DNA of 64,000 nt from Paraspadella gotoi (lineage: Eukaryota > Animalia > Chaetognatha). Each line of letters starts with the position of its first letter. Position 1 is the first letter of the stretch. Below the pieces are notes generated by a model. That model did no database searches, was not told the DNA's origin, and worked only from the letters and a program-made list of their open reading frames with translations. The stretch is from the NCBI GenBank assembly GCA_051294375.1, contig CM119264.1:10124175-10188174 (forward strand). The letters are read 5' to 3'. A program made the position numbers and the translations under genes. Of the stretch, positions 15,020 through 24,520 are shown one piece after another.

Positions 15020-16001
15020 TCAAAGCTCGCGATCGTGAATGTCTAAAAAGGTAAACGAGTCATCGCCTAACTAAAAAAAAAAATCAAAGGCGCCGCCGAA
15101 GAAAAAAGAAAAACAATTTCAAGGAAATAAATCGAGACGAATGTGTCGATCGCGATCGAAGAAAAATGAAGCCAAGGATCATTTTGTTTTTCTTTCTTTT
15201 CACTTCTTTTGTACCCTGTCACTTTTTTTTTTCCTTTCGGGTAAACAAACTATCTGGAAAAAAAAAGGAACGACGACGACGGCACCTTTCCATTTCTCGG
15301 GGTTTATTTTTATTCTTTGTCTTTTCTAATCTTTCTCTTTCCGTCTCCCTCTCCCTCTTCCTCTCCTATTTGTTGACATTCTCCCTCGTGTTTATATCAA
15401 AGAAACGATACTTGAGTTTCGTCCAAAGAAAGAATGGAATTTCTTTCATTCGCGAGAAGATTTTCGTCTGTAGGTTCGTTTTATTTCGGTTTTCTGTTCC
15501 TCTCATCCTCTCTGTTCCAAATACCTGTTCCGTATTTTCTGTACTGTTCCCTTTACAAATCCGTATGTAATTTTATTTCTTAAGATAGTTATTTTTTGTC
15601 TCGTGCAGTAAATTAACTGTTCAAAATCGCGACGAAGGCCGGATCGTTTTCTTCGAGCCAGAAATTAGCGACCGTGATGACACTGGCGATGTCAAACGTT
15701 ATCCGCGCGGAAGGAAAAGGTCGAATCTAGATTAAGAATTAATGAGTTTCGTTCTCGCTCATCGGAGTCTAGGACAAGCAAAGGGACAAGGCTCGAGATT
15801 TATTACCACGGATTTAATTTTATTAAACCTTCAAGGATTCGGCCTTGGAATCGAAGTCGTTAACTTTGCACAAATAAATCTGGCCTTTTTTATTTTTTAT
15901 TTTTTGATCTACAGATTTTAGAATATGACATAAAATAATGATTTTGTTATGAATTTCTCCTTTTTTTGAAAGTCAATGACTCCTACCAGAATTTACATGA
16001 A

Positions 16002-16036
<35 letters not shown>

Positions 16037-16236
16037 AAAAAATGACTAAGTGTAACACGAAGAAATGGAAAATGGTCTAAGACAACGACCTTGAAATGGC
16101 ATAAAACCGTTCTTTTTATTTTACGGCTGAAAAAAGTTAAACCGACGAATGAAATGAAATTCGTGATAAATTCACAGACACGATTTCGATCAAGAATCGC
16201 GATCGTTGTTGTCGTCGTCGTCCATGACGACTGGTA

Positions 16237-16271
<35 letters not shown>

Positions 16272-17017
16272 ACTTCGTACATTTGATCCTTTTCATTTTT
16301 ATTTCAAAATGAAATATTAAAATTCGTCGTCGAAATAGATTAATTTAATCGATCAAAGTCGTGAAAGTGAAACTCGCGCCAAAGATTGTCGTCGTCGTCA
16401 TCGTCGTTGTCGCTGACGAAGTTATAGTATCCTCATTCCTCTTAGTCGTCGTTATGGTCGTCGTCACCGTCGTCGTCGTCAGAGCCGGCCAACGAACCCA
16501 AAGTCTCTCGTTAAAAACTGAGACAGCGACGTGTTATGCTGCGATCTTATCTCCGTGATCATTGGGAGAAACTATCCCGCTGTATATCTCTCGGCTACTT
16601 CGTAACGACCCCGCTGTATCTGGCTGCTCGTTCGTAACGATCTCGATGCATCTCGTTAAGCGGCGAGAGTAACGACCCAACTGTATCTCATTAACCCGAA
16701 TGCCCGCCGAGTTTTCGAGACGAGGGATGACTGAACGGAATTGAGATGCGTTACTGTAGTAAACCAAGTGGCGCTTTTGAATACCAGAGTACGAAAGTTA
16801 AATTATTCCAAAAAGGACGAACGTTTTACAAATTTTCTTAACGAAAATAAGGAAGAACTATAAAATGTTAAAGATTCACGAATAATATTTTAATTTTTTC
16901 CCTTTTTTTTCCTTCCTTCACTCCTTCGTTTCTTCCTCCCTTTTTTTTTCTACCTTCTTGCGGTTCTTCCTTCCTTTCTTTCCTTCCTTCTTCAATCCAT
17001 TCCTTCTCTCCCCCCAG

Positions 17018-17200
17018 AATGCAAGCAGCTCCTTGGCCTTCCCCCTTTCGGCCAGTACAGCTCTTCGTCGACTTGGCCCTGGCGCCGAGGATCGTCGTGC
17101 CAGCCCGAAGACGGCAGCATCCTGAGCGGGAAGGCCTGGTGCGCTCACAAGCGGAGCGTCAAGACGATCAAGCAGCAGAGGAAGCGCGACGTCATTCCGG
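17018..17200 (+). CDS. Discoidin domain 2, exon 5
   Basis: Long pyrimidine tract ...cccccag|AA. ECKQLLGLPPFGQYSSSSTWPWRRGSSCQPEDGSILSGKAWCAHKRSVKTIKQQRKRDVIP contains CxxxLG, SSS and AWCA. Donor G|GTAAGG. Phase 1-1. Confidence 0.9.
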
Positions 17201-17572
17201 GTAAGGAACGACGGAGAAGAAAGTGAGGATCGGAAAAAGGAAAGAGGAGAGAATGGTTGCGATTCGAGAGTTAATGAACTGCGGCTTTGTAGAAAGGTTT
17301 AGGGTTATAATTGACGACATTATCGACTATGAAATGGAAAAATGGAGGCATTCAGTATGATAGCTCCCAACGAGAAAGGACTGAAGAACTTTTCAGGCTA
17401 CATTTAATAATGTAATAATAACCTTGCGATGAAAATTAAAGGCTTTAATAGACGATAAACAAACAAATTGCCTTTTTATACGTAAGATATGTAAGATAAC
17501 AGCGGAAGATAGAACCAGAATTTCATTATTATGATTATATTGTGATTTAATAGATTTACTTTCCCCTTGCAG

Positions 17573-17770
17573 GCATCCCCGAACCACCACCGGGCTTGAC
17601 AGGTGAGGGGGAGTGGTTCGAGGTGGACGTGGGCCACCCGACCCTCGTCACTGGCGTCGTCACCAAAGGGCGCGGCGACTCGAAGCGTCACCAGTGGGTC
17701 ACGCTCTATTGGGTCTCCTATTCTAACGATTCGGTCAACTGGTTTTTCTACAAAGACGGAAACCACTTGG
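17573..17770 (+). CDS. Discoidin domain 2, exon 6
   Basis: ttccccttgcag|GC. GIPEPPPGLTGEGEWFEVDVGHPTLVTGVVTKGRGDSKRHQWVTLYWVSYSNDSVNWFFYKDGNHL. Donor G|GTGAGT. Confidence 0.92.
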
Positions 17771-17799
17771 GTGAGTGAGTGAGTGTGCGAGAGAGAGAA

Positions 17800-17911
<112 letters not shown>

Positions 17912-17946
17912 TACCCAAACACAGAAAAGCAATTTCCCTTGGCCAG

Positions 17947-18147
17947 ACCCGAAAACCTTCAGCGGCAACCGTGACAGGGACACAGAGAATCAGCATTACC
18001 TCAACGCTCCCTTCGTCGCCCGCTTCGTCCGCTTCCATCCCATCGAATTCAACAACCACATCTCCATGAGGGTCGGAGTCTACGGGTGCCCGTACAGGGG
18101 ACCCTGCGGACCTGGGTTCGTCAGGGTGCAGGAGGACACGCCCTGTG
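17947..18147 (+). CDS. Discoidin domain 2 end plus Cys linker, exon 7
   Basis: ttcccttggccag|AC. DPKTFSGNRDRDTENQHYLNAPFVARFVRFHPIEFNNHISMRVGVYGCPYRGPCGPGFVRVQEDTPC. Donor G|GTGAGT. Confidence 0.92.
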
Positions 18148-18355
18148 GTGAGTTTGGGGAAAGGGAGAACAGGGTAAGGGAAAATTAGCAGACAAAACAT
18201 TTGATTGGAAAGGATAAATTGTGTTTCGGATTTTGGAGGAAAAAATTGTTAAACAAGAGCACTGTAGGAGCAAAAATGAGTAGAAATCGTTAATTCATTC
18301 CCTGAAAACTGCAAAGCGAACATTGCTATTTTGTTTTTCAATCCTCCTCGACCAG

Positions 18356-18592
18356 TGGCGAACATGGCGTTCAAACGCGAAACTCATGTCAACGACAAAA
18401 GACGTGCGTGGAAGAGGCGAGGCAAGGTCGGCCATTCGGCGCTGGCGGTCGACGGCGACGCCGCCCGCGACCTCGGCTCCTGCGCCATCGTTGACAACGC
18501 TTTCGTCGACACCCCCGCCTGGGGAGTCGATCTAGGGGATAAGAGGGATGTCAAGGGTGTCGTCATTTTAACGTGGCAGGGGAAGGGGCAAG
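18356..18592 (+). CDS. F-type lectin (fucolectin/FTP-like) domain, exon 8
   Basis: accag|TG. VANMAFKRET...HSALAVDGD...SCAIVDNAFVDTPAWGVDLGDKRDVKGVVILTWQG matches the FTP pattern N.A..K / LAVDG / C / P.W.VDLG / V..V.I. Donor G|GTGAGT. Confidence 0.88.
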
Positions 18593-18698
18593 GTGAGTTT
18601 TGAGAGCCGACGAAACAAACTAGAAGATATGTGATAGTATCAGTTTTATTCTATTAAATATAATGATTTCATTTTTATCTCTTATTATTCTCCATCAG

Positions 18699-19036
18699 AC
18701 TCGAAGTTGAGCTACCGCGACTTCATGTACAACTTGGAGAAGATCGTCGTCTACGTGAGCCGTCGACCTCCGGCGGCCAGAGTCGACAACGAATCCCACT
18801 CCAAAACAAAAGACTCTTCCTCCTCCTCTTCCTCGTCCTCGTCTGACCATCTGCCCGACGACGCGGAGATGTGCGGGCACGTGACCCGACTCAACTACGC
18901 CCTCTTCGCGCCCCGTGTGCACGTCCAGTGCGGACAGCCCTTGTGGGGCCGATACGTCATCGTCGAAGCCCACGGGGTCAAGAATCGATGGAAACGGAAC
19001 TTTTCCCTCGTCCTGTGCGAGGTCATGGTGTACTGA
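18699..19036 (+). CDS. F-type lectin-like domain, terminal exon 9
   Basis: tccatcag|AC. ...EMCGHV...VQCGQPLWGRYVIVEAHG...FSLVLCEVMVY* matches the FTP C-terminal C..GRYV..LxLCEV.V signature. The nine exons sum to 1701 nt, i.e. 566 aa plus stop. Confidence 0.9.
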
Positions 19037-19882
19037 TAAGAGGCCACATTTACGGGAGGGGAGGGCGGTGTGTTCGGATTGCTGATTGTTGTCGACTGCG
19101 TGCAAGCCTGCGTGCGAGAGTGTGTGCGATGCTGCTACTGTCGTTTCGTTTCTGTCAATTTGAGACACTCACTTATTCAAGAACCGACGTCAGTGGCGGC
19201 GTAATTGGAATTATATGGTCAGATTGTGAGAATGTGATAGTGATTGAATGTCCCTGAACTCTATTGTTACGTTGTTCTTTCTTTTTCGCTTTTTTTTTTC
19301 TCAAAGAGGCGACGTTTATTTTGCTTAGTTTTAGTTTCAACATTTGTCAGTGTTTGTTATATCACGTTATTTTATTGGATTTGCCCTTTTGTTGCAGATA
19401 GATACGGGAAAAAAGTGCCATCTTCAATTATTTTTTTTTTTAAAGATGACTTGAAAAACAAGGGGCACTCGGGGAAAACCACAACGCATTTCTCTCCAAA
19501 TACTTGAATTTCATTCAGCTTTTAGTTTTAAATTTTAAAATTTAATCGGTACTGCTATCTATTACTGCTGCATTAAAACAACAACATTTTTGACCTCATT
19601 ATATACTTTTTTGTCATCTCAGTTCCGCCAATGAAGACCTTCAATTCACGATTTCAAAACCAGAAATTCAAAAACAGTAGGGAGAATTACATAGATACAA
19701 GTTTATCGTGAATTCGAGGTAGTTTAAACCGATATTATGTGTAACTTATTCAATCAAATGCCCATTGCCAACTGTTAGTTATCGTGACTTGTATTTTTAG
19801 TTTTATCATTTTGAAAGAAACTGTTGTACAAAAGTTAATGTATAGCAATGCTAACCATTATTTCCTTCACAATTAAAATATA

Positions 19883-19888
19883 AATAAA
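19883..19888 (+). terminator. Candidate polyadenylation signal of the discoidin/FTP gene
   Basis: AATAAA about 850 nt after the stop codon in an AT-rich putative 3' UTR. Other AATAAA copies occur just downstream. Confidence 0.35.
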
Positions 19889-21465
19889 GTCGTCGAATTT
19901 TATTTGCTGAAAGTTCTGAGCAATCAAAAATATGCCATAAAGTCGCTTGATTAAATTTATTTGTTAGCTTTTGATAATTCCAATATCTTTTTAAAGATAA
20001 TTTTTTCTGTAATAAAATAGGTTATTAAAATATGTTTTTATGAAGATCTGTAAATCGCAATATTGATTATACCCATTCCAATAAAATACAATATCAAATC
20101 ATACAATTGATTACTTTTTTCAAAAAATTAGGTTTGTTCCGTACTGAGAGATAAAGAGTAATTTGACGCATCTGAGAGAATTCCCCCGACGATTCTTTTT
20201 TTATTTCATAATATTTAAAGACGTATCTTTATTTCGCCTTCGAACCGCAAACGATTGAACTTCGAAAAGGCGCTTTCCCTAACACTAGCCCCACCGGTTC
20301 CAGCCCCATTCAACCCCGCGCCATCGCGGATTCAGGTCGAGTTTCCGCGGCCTCTTAACTCTCGCCCCGTCATTACTAAACATTAAAAACTTCCCGCGAG
20401 TCAAAGTCAGAGGGTGAGAACTGAGAAGGACCGAGATCGCAAACGTAAAAGAAAAAAAAAAGAAAGTCGCTTAAAATTCTCATTAACTCTGTCGAGCCAA
20501 AGAGGCGTCTTGCGGGATGCAAATTTGGTTCTACATATAGGTAGTACTGTGGTTTTTTTTTCTCCCAATTGGGTAAGCACTAAGCAATGGATCAAATTTT
20601 GAAATTACTATTGCTAAAAGTTACATTATTAAATGAATGGATAATTATTGCATTGGTTGTACCAATTTCATATATTAAATAACGAGCCATCATCTAGGCA
20701 ATAAGCAAACAGTTTTACAGACGAAGACCGCTCTTGACCATAAGTTCCAATTAGAACAATAAGCAGATAATTTTCTTGACGAGCTCTAGAACAGAACGCA
20801 GTTTGGAGTAATAAAACTCGGCCAACGTGGGTTACAGCAAAGTAAATTAAAAATTATCATGATTACCTAATAAAATCATTTACGATTGGTCGATGGTAAT
20901 ATCTAAGCTGGCTGATTAAACAAGAAAAAAAATTGAACACCTTTAAATGGTATNNNNNNNNNNGATTGGTCGATAGTAATATCTAACCTGGCTGATTAAA
21001 CAAGAAAAAAAATTGAGCACCTTTAAATGGTATATTAATGATTAAAATGAACGGTAAAATTGAACAAAGTGACAAACAAATTTTCTGCAATTTTTATAAA
21101 ATGTAAAAGATAAAATGGAAATATTTTCATCCGTGATTCATTTCAACTTTTATTAAATTTTCTGACAGATTCGGATTCGTCGTGAAAGTTGATATAGGAA
21201 ATAATATATTTTTTAAAAAAATTAAGTCAGTCAAACATAAAACATTTTATTCTTAAAATAATATTTTTTAATTTTTAACCTTAGAAATAAAGAACTTTAA
21301 AAAACTTAACAAAAAATTCAATCTGCCAACAAAACTTAATAAGGACATTTAATAAGGATAAAACTTAAAAAAAGAGCCTATACGAAAAGTAAGAATTCAA
21401 AAAAATTTAAAATTAATAACTATTTACTAGTAGGAAATTCCTTAACATGAACTCCAAACTAGGCT

Positions 21466-22054
21466 CTAGTGGACAGAGTGCCTGGACAGCAGTTCAACAA
21501 CCTCGCACGCGCTCTCCAAAGGAACGTACCAGGACGTCTTGTGAACGTTAAAATCGTCCTTGTCCTTAGTAATGGAGGAATGAAGCAGCGCGCAGCCCAA
21601 CTCGCAAAAAGCGGTTTCCGCTTTGCATTTATTAAGCCCGACTTCGAATCCTCCGCCTTCCGATCTCTTCGCTTCTTCGAATTGGCTCATGAACGCCTCG
21701 GCGCCGGTGATCAAAGTGTGAACTCCGCTCTTCACGGCGTCGTAACTCACGACTTCGACGAAAAACCCTTTGGTGAAATCTTGCCCAACTTCGTTCCTCG
21801 CCGTCGCCACCATTTTGGCCGCCTTGGCGCAGGACGCCGCGGCGGCGGCGGCCTTGTCAGCCGCCGCCACCAAATGATCCCTGATCTCCGCGATTCCCGG
21901 CGGAAGCCGATTCATGGCCGCTTCCTCCTGCCTGTCGATCTCGTTGACGAGGGCATCGAGGCGATACATCCTGGCTTCGCGGCGGAGACCTTCGTAGTTG
22001 ACGAAGTTTGGGGGGAGGAGAAGGACGCCATCCCGCATGAAGTCTATGACGTGC
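21466..22054 (-). CDS. KCTD-type BTB/POZ (T1) protein, terminal exon 3
   Basis: aatttcacgcag|G completes the Arg codon. HVIDFMRDGVLLLPPNFVNYEGLRREARMYRLDALV matches the KCTD BTB C-half (ILNFLRDG.L.LP..F.....L..EA.YY.L..L). It is followed by an Ala-rich linker and a roughly 90-aa C-terminal domain. Stop TAG at 21466-21468. Confidence 0.9.
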
Positions 22055-22479
22055 CTGCGTGAAATTATCAAAAGTCTGCGGTTTAGTAGTCGGTCGTCTT
22101 ATTTTCATGTTCTAGTTTAATCTGTAAAAAGGTTATAATAACAGTTTAATAATACGTATCTTATGGCAACGGGAGGATAGCCTGTGAGGCAGCTTTAAGT
22201 CTTGCTGCCACAATATATTGAATACCTTCGTACGTCGGGTACCAAAGCTTAACCATGATACTCGTCGAAAGTTAATGATTTAACGGAATAATTCTATTTT
22301 CGCCGACCGGGGAAGGGGTGGTTTAAGTTTAGGGGAGGTTAAAGTTAAGTGGGTTTAGGGTTAAGGTAATTGAATAATTTATTTAAGTAGTTTTTCAAAA
22401 AACGCCAAAACCACGGTCAGCAAAAGTAAAATTATACCGATTTTCACTAATACATTAATTTCAAATAGCCCGCCATCAC

Positions 22480-22820
22480 CTGAAGAGTGTTCCGTCTCGG
22501 TCGATAAAGTATAAGGCGCTTGTCGTCTCAGGTTCATCCGGATTATCGTACCGAAGCATATCTCCAAAGACGGATTCGGGATAATTCGCCAACGCCGACG
22601 TCATCGCCACGTAGATGTCGCCACCGACGTTGAAGTGATAGATGGGCAGGCCCTGCAAATCCGAGATCGATTCGCTATCACTATCGAAGACTCGCTTTTT
22701 AAGTCGCCGCCATGCGACTGGGTCATAGATCGGGGATTCTTCCGGGGGGCCATCCAGGGAAATTTCCGGAGGGTCTCCGAGGGAATCGGTCCCTTGGGAG
22801 TCTACCGAGACCTGGTTGAC
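22480..22820 (-). CDS. KCTD-type BTB protein, exon 2
   Basis: atgatcacag|GTC, phase 0. Open frame VNQVSVDSQG...DLQGLPIYHFNVGGDIYVAMTSALANYPESVFGDML...LYFIDRDGTLFR contains the NVGG, YPxS and YFIDRDG.LFR motifs. Donor AG|GTGATG, phase 2. Confidence 0.92.
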
Positions 22821-23154
22821 CTGTGATCATTAGAGTTGAGTGATCAAGTCGATAATATAAAATCGGATTTCCAACAAAGTATATTCGTTAAACTGACATT
22901 TTTTTTTTTTTTTACGTAAAACAAAATTTTTAATTTTTGATTTTTAATCCACATTTTAATAGAAATTGAAATTATTAACATCATTAAATTCTTATTATTA
23001 TGAAACGATATTTCTACGTACAAATTAACTCCAACAATATTTCCATGTCCCCCAGTCGAAATTATTCCAATAATTATCCAATAAATAATAATAAATATCA
23101 TATAATTACAAAATACAATTTACACTATGAATTAAATCGAGACTTATGTGTCAC

Positions 23155-23853
23155 CTTGATATCTTCGAGCCTCGAGGGTTGTTTGCTAGCCCTGTTGCGC
23201 ACACGACGGCTCTGTTGATTATTTTTCTCCGAGGCTGTATCGGTAGCATCGCTCGCGCCTATATAGCCGGTCGCATCAACTGAGCCAGTCGAATCAAATG
23301 ATTCAAATGGGCCAGTGGCCCCGATTGCATCGCCAGAGGCGCTTGCATAGTTCAATTCGGGAGATTTATTGGAAAAGTCGGCTGCATTAGTTGATCCGGT
23401 TGCTTCTGTTGGGCTCGATACCTTAGTTGAGTCAGCTGCATCTGTAGAGCCAGTTGGCTTGTATGGGTCTGATGCAACGCTAGAGCCGGCTGCATAGCTA
23501 TAGCTGGCTGCATTGCTAGAGCTAGCTACATAGCCAGAGTCGGCTGCATAGCAAGAGCTGGCTGCATTGCTAGATCCAGCTGCTTCGTTTGAAACTGCCG
23601 CATCGCTTGGGCCAGCGAGATTGCTAGAGCCAGCTGTATCGCTTGAGCCAACTGCATTGTTAGATCCAGCTGAATCGCTTGAGCCAACGGCATTGCGAGA
23701 GTCAGCTGTATCGCAAGAGCCTGCTGCATCGCTTAAGCCAGTAGAGCCAGTTACGTTAGAAGTGTCGGTTGAGCAGGTTGCTTCTGCAGAGTTGACCGCT
23801 TCAGTGGGGCTCGCGGACGTGACCGTGGACGTAGTTTCTACGGAGGAGTCCAT
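23155..23853 (-). CDS. KCTD-type BTB protein, coding exon 1: Ser/Ala/Gly-rich hexapeptide-repeat region
   Basis: 233 open codons (MDSSVETT...RLEDIK) with a ttttag acceptor 9 nt before the ATG. Donor AAG|GTGACA is phase 0 and matches the exon 2 acceptor 334 nt downstream. The spliced CDS is 1629 nt, i.e. 542 aa. Confidence 0.75.
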
Positions 23854-24477
23854 CTTTTCGATCTAAAATGATAAATTTGAAAATACTGGGGCGCTGTCTT
23901 GATTCATTTCGTTGATGATAATTGATAAATCAAAGTTATGAGAGATACTAATTTTTGTTCCATAAGTCTATCGTTTAGAAAGAAAATTAATTATTATTAT
24001 TATTATCCTTTCGTTTTCGTTGATGTAAGGTTTAAAGATGAAAAAGATTTTGATTTTCACAACGAAGTTTATTATAAATATTGCAGACATTCAATTCTTC
24101 TTCAGAAAATCAAAATCTTTTTCATCTATAATAATAATAATAATAATTATTATAATTTTCAATAGGAAGAAAAAATATCAAGATCGCGCCTCAAATATTA
24201 TAAATCTTAATGAATCTAAAATATGACCTCTAATAATAATCAGACGACAAGAGGGAAACCACTCAGAGTCTTATTCTTATTTTACTTTTCTTGAAAAATA
24301 GGGAAATTGAAAACTTGATCTTCGAAAGGAAAGTCACGAATGAGAAATGGATAAAAATTTAAAAAAAAACTAAACCATTCCATGCAGATATCCAGGATTT
24401 CATATTTGCTTTTCAGTTTCACTTTCGAATTGATAAACATTTTTTAAACGCAAGAAATTAAAAATATGTCTCTTAAC

Positions 24478-24520
24478 TGTTTGTCAAAGTTCGAACGGCT
24501 CTACTCCGCCCCTATTTATA
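24478..24520 (-). promoter_or_regulatory. Candidate core promoter of the KCTD-like gene
   Basis: Minus strand TATAAATAGGGGCGGAG (TATA plus GC box), a CAGTT Inr-like motif about 40 nt downstream, and a possible donor ATG|GTTTAG near 24375. Spacing is not ideal. Confidence 0.25.

Noticed and set aside
16568-16756. Repeat-spacer pattern as a CRISPR-like array
   Set aside because: Eukaryotic intron, highly degenerate repeats, spacers of only ~12 nt and no cas genes.
21469-22062. 197-aa + strand ORF
   Set aside because: Antisense shadow of the GC-rich KCTD exon 3, with no motif of its own. The same applies to 23567-23866 and to the antisense ORFs over the discoidin exons.
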